Below are positions 17,122 to 26,554 of a stretch of 34,949 bases of DNA, in pieces. The position numbers and the translations under genes were made by a program. The stretch is from Deinococcales bacterium. Its GTDB lineage: Bacteria; Deinococcota; Deinococci; Deinococcales; JAAFIG01. A model generated the notes under the pieces. That model was not told the DNA's origin and searched no databases. It was given only the letters and a program-made list of their open reading frames with translations. The stretch is taken from positions 1 to 34,949 of the forward strand of contig JANNVX010000077.1 in NCBI GenBank assembly GCA_031414595.1, in the 5' to 3' direction. The number at the start of each line of letters is the position of its first letter. Position 1 is the stretch's first letter.

Positions 17122-18570
17122 TTAGATTTTTCCAGACACAAAAACCGCAATCAGGCTCGAGATAACCACCAGCCAGAATCCATCCCACCAATGATGATTG
17201 CCAAAAGCTGTAACTCGAGTTGGAAAGCGGTATGCCCTTAAGAGTAATAAGTAGGCAATGGTTGCCGAAACCAAAAACCATAAAAAAAAGTCTGGACGAC
17301 CATCAAAATCAAAAAATAACTCAAGCATAAAAACGGCGCTAAATACAGCCAGCAATGTAATAAAAACCCGCCGCAGCACACTGACTGGTTTTTTTAGACC
17401 ACGCCAAAAACCAAGCGGTAACTCGAGCAGTCCCGTGTATCCCCAAGAAGAAAGCATGGCTAAAGTGACTTGAAAAATTCCAACTACCACAGTCTCGAGA
17501 AAAGCAACTTCTGGAATCCAGCCAAGGATTAGCCACAGCCCGACCAGTAAAAACCCAAACGCCAGAAAAGCCAGAAAGTCTGGGTTATACGCCCAGAAAT
17601 CGGGTTGTAAGACTGGTTTGGGATTGGATACAGTTTTTACCGAGGCATTGCGCTGCAAGGCTAACTTGGCAAAAGCGGCAGCATCGGCGGGACGGTCTGC
17701 CATCTGCAACGATAAACCCTGTTCAATGGCTTCACGCAACCCAACACTAAAATTAGCTTTTAAGGGGGTTAAAACTGCGCCATTCATTCGTTCAACCGCC
17801 GTTGGTGGCATTACCCCAGTCAGGGCATGGTAGAGCGTGGCTGACAGGGCATAAACATCGGTGGCAGTTCCGACTCGAGCTTCGGTGCTGTACTGCTCGA
17901 GTGGCGCGTACCCGGGCGTAACCATTCGCGTATGGCGCATGGTGCGACCATCCTTAAAAGTTCTGGCACTGCCAAAATCAATCAGCACGGTACGACCAGT
18001 AAGGGTTAAGAACACATTGGCGGGTTTAATATCACGGTGCAATAAACCTGCCTGATGGACTGTTTTAAGGGCATCACAAAGCTGTTCGGTAATTTTACGG
18101 ACTTCTCCGGCTTTGAGTTTCCCAAGTTTAAGAATCCGTGCCTCGAGGGTTTGACCTTCTAAAAGTTCCATCACCAAATAGGTTGTGCTGTTGGCTTCAA
18201 AGGTCTCAAAGACATCCACAATCCCCGTGTGGTTTTGTCCACGCATAAACTGCTTTAGAATCCGCAATTCCTCGAGAAACTTAATTTGTAAATCCACAAA
18301 TTCAGATGCCGAAATGGTACTTGGAGGAGTCACCCGCCCTTGGACTCGGCTCGAGCCTTCAGGAAAAAATTCTTTAATCGCCACCTCTTGCTGCCCCGAC
18401 TTTGCTCGGTACGTGATGCCAAACCCACCCTGACCAAGCATCTCTAAAATCTCATACCCTTTTAATGGCGTACCACTGGGCAAGTAGACACTGACCAAAT
18501 GAGCGCCACAAGTCGGGCAATTGGTATCTGATGGCTCGAGGTTTGAGCCACACAAAAAGCAGACGCTCAT
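17122..18570 (-). CDS. Hanks-type Ser/Thr protein kinase with N-terminal zinc ribbon and C-terminal multi-pass membrane domain
   Basis: CFLC...CPTC, GQGGFGITY, AIKE, HRDIKPAN, DFG, GYAPLEQ, DVYAL; about 5 hydrophobic C-terminal segments. Confidence 0.92.
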   Translation of the reverse strand: MSVCFLCGSNLEPSDTNCPTCGAHLVSVYLPSGTPLKGYEILEMLGQGGFGITYRAKSGQQEVAIKEFFPEGSSRVQGRVTPPSTISASEFVDLQIKFLEELRILKQFMRGQNHTGIVDVFETFEANSTTYLVMELLEGQTLEARILKLGKLKAGEVRKITEQLCDALKTVHQAGLLHRDIKPANVFLTLTGRTVLIDFGSARTFKDGRTMRHTRMVTPGYAPLEQYSTEARVGTATDVYALSATLYHALTGVMPPTAVERMNGAVLTPLKANFSVGLREAIEQGLSLQMADRPADAAAFAKLALQRNASVKTVSNPKPVLQPDFWAYNPDFLAFLAFGFLLVGLWLILGWIPEVAFLETVVVGIFQVTLAMLSSWGYTGLLELPLGFWRGLKKPVSVLRRVFITLLAVFSAVFMLELFFDFDGRPDFFLWFLVSATIAYLLLLRAYRFPTRVTAFGNHHWWDGFWLVVISSLIAVFVSGKI

Positions 18571-18614
18571 AGGGCTAGTTTATACGATACAGGCGGTCTC
18601 GAGGGTTGGGGTGA

Positions 18615-19100
18615 TTAAGCCATACGCGAGGCAATTCGGTTTGGTGGGTCAGCGTATTCGGGTTTTTCTGGCTCGAGTCTGGTTTTTAAGAACTCGAGGG
18701 CTAAGCGGTAGCCTTGTGCGCCTAAACCAATAATGCTACCCATACAAACAGGGGCAATCACACTGCTGTGCCTAAATTCTTCTCTGGCATGAACATTACT
18801 TAAATGAACTTCAAGAACTGGCAGTGACTGTCCTGCAATCGCATCGCGCAGGGCATAACTGTAATGTGTCCATGCCCCCGGATTAAGAATAATGGCTTTA
18901 TACCCAAGTTCAGTCGCCGTTTGTAGCCACTCGAGCAGCGCCCCTTCAAAATTACTTTGCTGGCAAACGACCGTAAAACCAAGTTCAGCACCCCATGTTT
19001 TAATCTGTGTTTCAAGTTCACTTAGGGTTTCTGCACCGTATACTTCGGGTTGTCTTGTGCCAAGCCGATTGAGATTTGCGCCATTCAAAACTAAAATCAT
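18615..19100 (-). CDS. aroQ: Type II 3-dehydroquinate dehydratase
   Basis: LNGANLNRLGTRQPEVYG, QSNFEG, NPGAWTHYS, EVHLSNVHAREEFRH; start moved to ATG 19100. Confidence 0.95.
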   Translation of the reverse strand: MILVLNGANLNRLGTRQPEVYGAETLSELETQIKTWGAELGFTVVCQQSNFEGALLEWLQTATELGYKAIILNPGAWTHYSYALRDAIAGQSLPVLEVHLSNVHAREEFRHSSVIAPVCMGSIIGLGAQGYRLALEFLKTRLEPEKPEYADPPNRIASRMA

Positions 19101-19185
19101 GAGAAACTGTACCACTCGGGAGCAATTCTCGAGTAGAATAAAACCACAAGCCAATAGGTGGCATTCTTTTTTTGAGGTGAAAATC

Positions 19186-20814
19186 GTGACATTGCGCGAA
19201 GCCCTAGATATACTTGAATTAAATCCCAATAGTTTAGATCGTCAAGTGCTGGAAAGCACCCTAAGAAAAAACTTAGAGAGTATTGAATTACGCAACGTCA
19301 TGCGCTTACTCGAGGCATACCGCAAAGCCAATGCTTTTATCAACCCAACCCTTGCCACGCATGGTGATGTCCGCGTGACCATGATTGACGAACCCGTCCC
19401 AGATGGTCCACCGCTTAACCAGCGCCCTGCCGCAAAGCGTTTAGCCGATGAATCAAAGCAAAAATTAAAACGCGATTTTGTTCCTGGCGCAACTTTTGAC
19501 GAGTCGATTCTTAAAGCCCCAAGAACCAGCAGTCCCCCAACCCTATCGGATGCTTCTATCTATGCGACACAAGAAATCATGCCGAGCGAATTACCCGCCC
19601 CGATTGTCCAAGGGCGAAAACCCAAGAATAATGTCTTAATCACCCCAGAAGACCATGCCCCACAAACCAAAGGCGTGAGTATTCTCTGGGCTGGATTAAC
19701 GGCTGCGGCAGGAATTGCTGCCGCCTATTTTCTGGTTTTCCCAGCCCTTGCCACCTACTTTCCATCAAACTCTGGAATACGAGCAACTGTCCCGCCAGCC
19801 ATTACCAAACCAGTCAACACCACAAAACCAGTCATCTCGAGTAACACCACAAACCCCACGAACACCACCACAAAACCAGTCATCTCGAGTAACACTACAA
19901 AACCAGTCATCTCGAGCAACACCACAGCCACGCAAGCCGCAAAACTACAAGCTCAGAAGCTCGAGGCTCAAAAGTTGGCAGCACAAAAACTCGAGGCTCA
20001 AAAAACAGCAGCACAAAAACTTGAAGCACAGAAGTTAGCAACACAGAAGCTCGAGAATCAAAGACTAGCAGCACAAAAACTCGAGGCGCAAAAATTAGCC
20101 GCACAGAAGTTAGCAACACAAAAGCTCGAAGCTCAAAAGACAGCCGCACAAAAACTCGAAGCACAAAAACTGGCAGCACAAAAGCTCGAGGCGCAAAAAT
20201 TAGCTGCTCAGAAACTCGAGAATCAAAAAACAGCCGCGCAGAAGTTAGCCGCACAAAAACTGGCTACTCAAAAGTTGGCAGCCCAGAAACTATCCGCACA
20301 ACAAGCCCAAGCCGCAAAACCCAGTACCTCAACATTTACTCCAAATAATGCAACTGCACAACAAAACGCCCAACTTCAAGTCCAAGCCGCCCAACGACGT
20401 GCTGCCCAACAACGTGCCGCAATTCGTGCCGAAGCCAATCGGCGTTACTTAGCACAACAACGACTAGAAGCCCAGCGCTTAGCCGTCAGACGCGCCGAAC
20501 AACAAGCCGCAGCCAGACGTGAAGCTGAGCAAGCCGCCATCAGACGTGCCGAACAACAAGCCATCGCCAGACGTGAAGCCCAACAAGCATCAGCACGAAG
20601 GGCAAGCCAACAAGCTGCCGCCAAACGCGCCAGTGTTTCGGTACGCAGTCTCAATCAAGGTAGTTTTAGTGCTTGGGACAGATCGGGTGCAGTTTTACGC
20701 TACTCGAGTTGGGCAGCTATTCCAGATTCAGTACGGGCGTTACCCACAGCCCAATTTAGGGCGCAAGTCTATGTGGCATCTTCGCCAGCCAACTTGCCCG
20801 GCTTACCACGATAG
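19186..20814 (+). CDS. Bitopic membrane protein with J-like N-terminus and TolA-like AQKL(E/A) repeat spacer
   Basis: GTG 19186 after GAGGTG gives MTLREALDILEL, homologous to the next gene's start. One TM helix (ILWAG...FLVF), a repeat region and a conserved C-terminal segment. Confidence 0.8.
   Translation: MTLREALDILELNPNSLDRQVLESTLRKNLESIELRNVMRLLEAYRKANAFINPTLATHGDVRVTMIDEPVPDGPPLNQRPAAKRLADESKQKLKRDFVPGATFDESILKAPRTSSPPTLSDASIYATQEIMPSELPAPIVQGRKPKNNVLITPEDHAPQTKGVSILWAGLTAAAGIAAAYFLVFPALATYFPSNSGIRATVPPAITKPVNTTKPVISSNTTNPTNTTTKPVISSNTTKPVISSNTTATQAAKLQAQKLEAQKLAAQKLEAQKTAAQKLEAQKLATQKLENQRLAAQKLEAQKLAAQKLATQKLEAQKTAAQKLEAQKLAAQKLEAQKLAAQKLENQKTAAQKLAAQKLATQKLAAQKLSAQQAQAAKPSTSTFTPNNATAQQNAQLQVQAAQRRAAQQRAAIRAEANRRYLAQQRLEAQRLAVRRAEQQAAARREAEQAAIRRAEQQAIARREAQQASARRASQQAAAKRASVSVRSLNQGSFSAWDRSGAVLRYSSWAAIPDSVRALPTAQFRAQVYVASSPANLPGLPR
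19951..20295 (+). repeat. 23 x 15-nt coding tandem repeat (AQKLE/AQKLA/AQKTA)
   Basis: Counted from the translation; many LE units are encoded by CTCGAG. Confidence 0.9.
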
Positions 20815-20823
20815 GTTGAGATT

Positions 20824-22650
20824 ATGACGCTGCGCGAAGCCATGAAATTACTGGAACTGAATGAACGAACCCTTGACATCAGTATGCTTGACAGTGCTGC
20901 GCGGCTGCGTATGGACAGTTCAGAGTCTTCGCTGGAACGCGACCAGATTTTAGAAGCATACCGTCGGGTACGAATTTTTCTTGACCCCAGTGCCGATGAA
21001 CGGTTTACCTTACGTGGCTCGAATGTCTTGGCAGCACTGTCGGAAACTCGAGAAGAAAAAGCAGTTATACGGCAAACTCATTTTGATCAAGACCATGAAG
21101 TGGTGATGGTAGACGATGATGCTTTCGTACTCGATGCTTCAGCACAGCCATCATCCCTAGAATCAGTGGCTTTTGATGCCGACGACACAACTTTTGATTT
21201 AGAACTGGATTTTGGGTTAGCCGAACTGCCAAATTTGCCTGAACCTATGGGCTTGGCAGAGTCATCTGTGAGCCTAGAACCTTTGGGGCTATCCGAACCT
21301 TTGGGATTCTCTGAACCTTTGGGATTCTCTGAGCCTTTGGCTGTTTCCCAACTCCCAGTGCAATCCGAACCAGATATTCGTACAACGGCGGAATTGCCTT
21401 TATTGTCCATGTCCGAATTTGGTTTGGAATCAACACCAGCCGCCAACCAAATCCAACCCGCCGAAGTCAGCTTAGATTGGTCACAACCAGTATCTCTACT
21501 CGAGTCAACCCAAGCAGAAGTCCATTCGGAATTCGACGATTCTTTACTGAAAGCCGTCCCACCACCCAAAGATGAAACAGCTTTAACAATTATAGATGAA
21601 TCGCCCCATGATGACTTACCACTAAACAGAGATGTTTTGCCAAAACCAGAAAAAAAGGTTGTTCCAGCACCAAATAACATACCTAAAACAACAGCACCAG
21701 CACCAGCCAGACCCAAACCAGCCAGTAGCCCAACAACCCAAAAGAATCCAACTTCAAACCCTGAACGCCGTGTTTCTCGAGCCGCCCAAGTATCTGGGGT
21801 CAGTAAAGCCTATACCCCAGCCAAGAAAAAAACCAGTAATCGCCCGCCAGTCTGGGCATGGCTGATTGCTTTAGCGATGCTGATTAGCACTGGGATTTTT
21901 GCCGCACCAATCTTAATTAAACAATTTGCAACAGCCCAACCAAAAAAACCAGCGCCTAGCCTGAGTGTCACCGATGTACCACAAGCACCTATTGCTAAAC
22001 CAATTGTTAAACCCGTGGCTAAACCAGTTGTTAAGCCCGTGGCTAAACCAATCGTTAAGCCCGTGGTCAAACCAGTGGCTAAGCCCGTGGTCAAACCAGT
22101 TATTAAGCCAGCAGCCATTAAACCAGTCACTACACCAACACCACAGGTCAGCGTCAGCAAACCAGCCGTTATTGCGGTAGTGACACCAAGACCAGTGGTC
22201 AAACCACCTAAACCAGTGGTTGCACCTAAAAAACCAGTTGTACGTGATTCAAATAGTGCTGCCAATTTACCACCAATCTCAGCCGCTCCAAAACTAAAGC
22301 CCGTGGTTAATAAGCCAAAACCAGTCGTGACCAAACCCAAACCAGCCGTAAACAAGCCAGTGGTCAGCAAACCCAAACCAATAGCAGTGGTCATTCCAAC
22401 CCCAACTCCAGTTACACCACCTGTTGCTACTACCCCAGCCATGAAAATCGAACCACCCGCAGAAGTGGTAGACCCAAATAACCTGACCAGAGAACAAATC
22501 GGACGGCGTTTTTTGAACGAAAAATACTATGCCGATTGGTTATCGAGAAAAGCCCAACTCAAATACCCAAGTTGGGACGAGATTCCAATTGCCACACAAG
22601 TCTTGGCTTACGCCGATTTTCGCAGTGTGGTGTTAATTTCGTTACCGTGA
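20824..22650 (+). CDS. Bitopic membrane protein, paralog of the upstream gene, with TonB-like Lys-Pro spacer
   Basis: MTLREAMKLLEL N-terminus, acidic linker with EPLG(L/F)S repeats, one TM (VWAWLIALAMLISTGIFAA), KPVV repeats, and a C-terminal LN...W...LKY.SW..IP segment. Confidence 0.8.
   Translation: MTLREAMKLLELNERTLDISMLDSAARLRMDSSESSLERDQILEAYRRVRIFLDPSADERFTLRGSNVLAALSETREEKAVIRQTHFDQDHEVVMVDDDAFVLDASAQPSSLESVAFDADDTTFDLELDFGLAELPNLPEPMGLAESSVSLEPLGLSEPLGFSEPLGFSEPLAVSQLPVQSEPDIRTTAELPLLSMSEFGLESTPAANQIQPAEVSLDWSQPVSLLESTQAEVHSEFDDSLLKAVPPPKDETALTIIDESPHDDLPLNRDVLPKPEKKVVPAPNNIPKTTAPAPARPKPASSPTTQKNPTSNPERRVSRAAQVSGVSKAYTPAKKKTSNRPPVWAWLIALAMLISTGIFAAPILIKQFATAQPKKPAPSLSVTDVPQAPIAKPIVKPVAKPVVKPVAKPIVKPVVKPVAKPVVKPVIKPAAIKPVTTPTPQVSVSKPAVIAVVTPRPVVKPPKPVVAPKKPVVRDSNSAANLPPISAAPKLKPVVNKPKPVVTKPKPAVNKPVVSKPKPIAVVIPTPTPVTPPVATTPAMKIEPPAEVVDPNNLTREQIGRRFLNEKYYADWLSRKAQLKYPSWDEIPIATQVLAYADFRSVVLISLP
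21997..22104 (+). repeat. 9 x 12-nt coding tandem repeat KP(V/I)(V/A/I)
   Basis: KPIV KPVA KPVV KPVA KPIV KPVV KPVA KPVV KPVI. Confidence 0.85.
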
Positions 22651-22995
22651 TTTTGTCAAAAAAACGGCTCTTAAAAGCGGCGACCAAAAGACCGCATCTA
22701 ATAAAAATACAAATGCCCCAAAACGCAATTTGAAGACAGCCGCCATCAGTAAAATCAGGAATTGAAAAGCAAATGTGCCAAAAACCGCAAAAACCAACAG
22801 TGCATTGGGATTGCGGTACGAGACCGTTAGGTGTGTACTGAAACGGTGCAGCCCAAACGAAAGCGCAAATACAATGATTGGCTCGAGTAAAACCAAAGGC
22901 TCAAGCTCAAGTAGAAGGCGTAATAGTAACCAAATCGGTGTAACCAGCAAAGCAATTTGTAAGGAAGAACGCAGGCTCGATTCAAAAAACCACAT
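22642..22995 (-). CDS. Small integral membrane protein (about 4 TM)
   Basis: Highly hydrophobic 117 aa; TAAAAT-N6-ATG leaderless start. Confidence 0.65.
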   Translation of the reverse strand: MWFFESSLRSSLQIALLVTPIWLLLRLLLELEPLVLLEPIIVFALSFGLHRFSTHLTVSYRNPNALLVFAVFGTFAFQFLILLMAAVFKLRFGAFVFLLDAVFWSPLLRAVFLTKSR

Positions 22996-23004
22996 GGGTG
23001 TATT

Positions 23005-23991
23005 TTACGAGGTTGCTCGTGGGAAAATCCCAGTCTCGAGGTAGCTGCGTAAACGTTGTTCGCTAGTCTCGAGGTAGGCTTGCGCTCGGGCTTGAAGGTC
23101 AGCTGTTTCGTTGGTTAAAAGGTCATTTGCCAGCAACAATTGCCGCCCAGCGATGATTGCTTCGAGTTCGGCTTGTTGGTAGTTGGGCAGATTCCCGTGA
23201 CCAAAAAGCAGCGCATTCTCGAGGGCAGCACTATTTTTTAGACGGCGCAAATAAAAAATACTAATCCCAAAATCTTGTAAAGGTACACCTATGGCGCTGT
23301 CATCAAAGTCAAAAACTGAAAGCTGCCCCCTAAACCATTTTATATTCCAAAAATGCAAATCGGCATGGAGCGGCTGGGCTTTGAAACGCTGATACAGTGT
23401 TTCGTGAACGGCTTTAACTTGCTGATGAGCAATTTTGAAGACTTCGAGCCGAGCGGCTGGCATGGGTGTATCAAAAATCACGACTTTAGAATCTATGAAG
23501 ACATCCAAGGCATTTTGAAATTGGCAACCCTTGGGAATTTTCCAAGTCGCAGCATGCTGATGCAAGGTCTTTAGGGCTGCACCTGTGGCTTGGAGTTGCA
23601 CAGGTGTGGCACTCGAGCCAAGGTCTTTACCTGCCAACCACGAAAACAGCACCGCCACGGTATTGCGCCCTAATGTTTTTGAATAAAAACTCGAGATTAA
23701 CCCGCCATCTTTACGTGCTATCGGATGTGGCAAAATTAAATCGGTTTCTTTAGATAGTGCCTCGAGCCAAGCAATTTCGGCGCTTAGGGCTGGCATTGGA
23801 CGGCGTGAATTAACATTGATTCGCAGTGCAAATTTTTGTCCACCTGCGGTGTCTACTCGAAATGTGGTGTTAAAACCATGATTGATACAACGCAACCGAG
23901 CCACAACAAGTGGGTACTGCTCGAGAATTTTTAAGGCATCAGCGCGAAGTCGCAGAATTTGCGCCCGTCTGGAAAGTTCGGCAAAAGTCAT
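23005..23991 (-). CDS. Phosphotransferase (APH / type II homoserine kinase-like)
   Basis: N.TFRV, ALRI, EIAWL, LHADLHFWN, FDFDD; start moved to ATG 23991 after TAGACT. Confidence 0.85.
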   Translation of the reverse strand: MTFAELSRRAQILRLRADALKILEQYPLVVARLRCINHGFNTTFRVDTAGGQKFALRINVNSRRPMPALSAEIAWLEALSKETDLILPHPIARKDGGLISSFYSKTLGRNTVAVLFSWLAGKDLGSSATPVQLQATGAALKTLHQHAATWKIPKGCQFQNALDVFIDSKVVIFDTPMPAARLEVFKIAHQQVKAVHETLYQRFKAQPLHADLHFWNIKWFRGQLSVFDFDDSAIGVPLQDFGISIFYLRRLKNSAALENALLFGHGNLPNYQQAELEAIIAGRQLLLANDLLTNETADLQARAQAYLETSEQRLRSYLETGIFPRATS

Positions 23992-24078
23992 GCTACCAAG
24001 TCTACAAAACTGTCTCGAGTAAACGCATATGCAGTTTGGCGGATGCAAGCACTAGGTAAAAAAATTTAGACTACACCC

Positions 24079-25017
24079 ATGCAAATCCGTGATTTTATAA
24101 TGACTGACTTAAGCCAAGTGGTGCAGATTCAAAATGCTGTCGTGCCACTCCAAGCCCAGAGTAAGAACGAACTCGAGCATGACCTGACCAAACTCGAGGA
24201 GAATGTCCGCCCAGTCTTTATTGTTGCCCAAGAATATGGCACAGTGATTGGGGCAGCCAATCACCACCGTTTTGCGGGAGCGTACCACCCCAATAAATTT
24301 GGCATTGAACTCTGGGTACAACCCCAGTCTCAGGGGCGCGGCATTGGCAGCGCCCTTTATGCGGCATTGCTCGAGAAACTTGCGCCACTCGAGCCAATGT
24401 CCATCAATACCCAAGTGCGCGAATCCGATGCTCGAGCCATGCGTTTTGCCCAGTCTCGAGGCTACAATGAAATCAAACGCGATTTTGAGAGTTTACTCGA
24501 CATTGGTAATTTTTTAACTGCGCCATACCAAGCCAAAATCTTGAATCTCGAGTCAAGCGGGGTGCAACTGGTCACTTGGCAAGAAGCTGATAGTTTAGAG
24601 CGCCGCCAAGAATTCCATGAGGTCTTTGAAACGGTGCGCTTAGATGTGCCACGGGCTGAACCAGCCACCCGAATCACATTTGAATTCTTTAATGAAAACA
24701 TTCTTTCGGACGGCGAAACGCTCCAAGAAGCCTCGTTTTATGCGCTCGAGAACAACAAAATCATTGGCTTTACAGGTTGCTTTAGAGGTGCAAGAGAAGG
24801 CTGGGTAGACCAATGGCTAACCGCTACGACAAGGGAAGCGAGGGGACGCGGCATTGCCACTGCTCTAAAAATTAAGCAAATCGAAGTGGCGCAAAAACTT
24901 GGTTTTAACACCATTCGTACCGACAACGACACGCGCAACACGGCAATGCTGGCGATTAACAACAAACTTGGTTTTGTTCGCCAACCCGCCGTACTGGTCA
25001 TGAAAAAAGAATTTTAA
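24079..25017 (+). CDS. Tandem-domain GNAT acetyltransferase
   Basis: VQPQSQGRGIGSALY; LTATTREARGRGIATALK; NDTRNTAMLAINNKLGF. Confidence 0.9.
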   Translation: MQIRDFIMTDLSQVVQIQNAVVPLQAQSKNELEHDLTKLEENVRPVFIVAQEYGTVIGAANHHRFAGAYHPNKFGIELWVQPQSQGRGIGSALYAALLEKLAPLEPMSINTQVRESDARAMRFAQSRGYNEIKRDFESLLDIGNFLTAPYQAKILNLESSGVQLVTWQEADSLERRQEFHEVFETVRLDVPRAEPATRITFEFFNENILSDGETLQEASFYALENNKIIGFTGCFRGAREGWVDQWLTATTREARGRGIATALKIKQIEVAQKLGFNTIRTDNDTRNTAMLAINNKLGFVRQPAVLVMKKEF

Positions 25018-25053
25018 CTTTTGCCTTTGCCTTTTGCCTTTCGCCTTCCCTTT
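25018..25053 (+). repeat. Heptamer tandem array (TTTYGCC)n
   Basis: CTTTTGCCTTTGCCTTTTGCCTTTCGCCTTCCCTTT, between the GNAT1 stop and the GNAT2 RBS (GGAG). Confidence 0.75.
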
Positions 25054-25061
25054 GGAGACCT

Positions 25062-26015
25062 ATGTTTGAGATTAAACCCTTCACCCCAAACGATTACCAA
25101 GCTGTAGCCAACCTCGAGAACTCGGTTTTTACTGATGAATTCTTTACGGCTCAGAGTATTACAGACGACGATGAGCGCCGTCCTGCACACATTAAGCACC
25201 AGCGTTTTATGGTTTGGAATGAGCAGCAGCCAGTAGCCTACGCCGAGTATTTCCAAGATGTTGGGCAGTATCATCCGCAGCGCTTTCGGTTTTGGGGTGT
25301 TGTCAAACCAGAATTTCAACGCCGTGGTATTGGCGCAGAACTTTTTGAAACACTAAACAGCGCAACAATAGAATTTAATCCAATTGGCATTGTCAGCAGT
25401 AACCGCGAAGATAAGTTTGGCTTAGACTTCTTAAAGGCTCGAGGGTTCACTGAAAAAATGCGAACTTGGGAAAACCGAATTGATGTCGCAAGTTTTAAGG
25501 CTGCACCATACCTGCACTTACACTCAGAACTCGAGCAGCAAGGCATAGAATTACTTACGCTTGAGCAAATCCTAAGCCAAGAAAATGCTGCCCAAAACTA
25601 TTATCAACTCCATACCGAAGTTGGACATGATGTACCACGAGCCTATCCCGCGACTGAACGTGGCTTTGAAGACTTTGCGGTTTGGAATCTCGAGAATCCA
25701 AAGGTACTGCCCGAAGGTACATTTATTGCTGTGCAGAACAACAAATTAATTGGTTTATCGCAACTTTTTAAGTCAGATGGTAATTACCTAACCATTGGTT
25801 TGACGGGTGTGCGCCGCGAAGCAAGGGGCAAACACATTGCTTTAGCCCTTAAAGTGGCGTGTCTCGAGTGGGCAAAGAATAATGGCTACCCAGAAATTCG
25901 CACTTGGAACGACAGCAATAACATTCCAATTTTAGCTTTGAACAGCAAACTTGGTTTTAGGCAATGCCCAGCTTGGATTGAATGTGTCAAAGAATTACAA
26001 GGAGAAACCCCATGA
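25062..26015 (+). CDS. Tandem-domain GNAT acetyltransferase (paralog)
   Basis: VKPEFQRRGIGAEL; LTGVRREARGKHIALALK; NDSNNIPILALNSKLGF. Confidence 0.9.
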   Translation: MFEIKPFTPNDYQAVANLENSVFTDEFFTAQSITDDDERRPAHIKHQRFMVWNEQQPVAYAEYFQDVGQYHPQRFRFWGVVKPEFQRRGIGAELFETLNSATIEFNPIGIVSSNREDKFGLDFLKARGFTEKMRTWENRIDVASFKAAPYLHLHSELEQQGIELLTLEQILSQENAAQNYYQLHTEVGHDVPRAYPATERGFEDFAVWNLENPKVLPEGTFIAVQNNKLIGLSQLFKSDGNYLTIGLTGVRREARGKHIALALKVACLEWAKNNGYPEIRTWNDSNNIPILALNSKLGFRQCPAWIECVKELQGETP

Positions 26016-26455
26016 ATGGTTTAACGATTAAACATAAGCTCGGTAGTGGTCATGCGTTTAACACCGCCGAAAGTATCTTAGCCAATCTCGAGCCAAATGT
26101 GGCAGTACACATCCCCGAAAATGCGCTGCATAGCATCGCTGGTCATGTGGCGCACATGGCGTGGTGGCAACGTCAAGTGCTGCAAGACATTGCCTTGGGC
26201 AAACGCCAACGCCAAAGCAGTGATGAATTCCCAAATACGGTCACGCTCGAGGAATGGAACTTTGTTAAACAAGACTTTCTTGATGGTCTCGAGGACTTAA
26301 AAAAATGCTGCGATGACCCTGTTTTACTCGAGACAAAATATATTCATACCTCAGAAACCATTGCCGAGGCACTGCTTGATTTTGCGATTCATAATGCTTA
26401 TCACCTTGGGCAGATTGTGTTGCTGCGGCGTTTGCAAGGCGCTTGGAATTCGTAA
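26012..26455 (+). CDS. DinB family protein
   Basis: HSIAGHVAHM and HNAYHLGQI His triad; ATG 26012 overlaps the upstream stop (ATGA). Confidence 0.88.
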   Translation: MNGLTIKHKLGSGHAFNTAESILANLEPNVAVHIPENALHSIAGHVAHMAWWQRQVLQDIALGKRQRQSSDEFPNTVTLEEWNFVKQDFLDGLEDLKKCCDDPVLLETKYIHTSETIAEALLDFAIHNAYHLGQIVLLRRLQGAWNS

Positions 26456-26522
26456 AAATCCACCTTGAGTTCGCTCGTACTCGAGAATTGAAGTACCAAA
26501 AGCACCATATACCCTTGAAATG

Positions 26523-26552
26523 CGTACATCGGATACGGGTATCCGATGTACG
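26523..26552. repeat. Perfect 14-bp inverted repeat
   Basis: CGTACATCGGATAC-GG-GTATCCGATGTACG. Confidence 0.8.
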
Positions 26553-26554
26553 GG

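Noticed and set aside
19951-20295. 15-nt repeats as a CRISPR array or Rfr/pentapeptide beta-helix protein
   Set aside because: There are no unique spacers and variation is largely synonymous, so the repeat is coding. AQKL(E/A) does not fit the A(D/N)LXX register and is made of helix formers.
21087-22442. Long antisense ORFs 21087-21716 and 21810-22442, and similar shadow ORFs elsewhere
   Set aside because: They are mirror frames of low-complexity or conserved coding sequence with no independent motifs or start signals.
21783-22881. CTCGAG-free gaps (also about 27580-28400 and 7650-8450) as markers of horizontal transfer
   Set aside because: With a mean spacing of about 185 bp and about 188 sites, a longest gap near 1 kb is expected by chance. 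The largest gap coincides with a Lys/Pro/Val-rich region that rarely can encode the motif.
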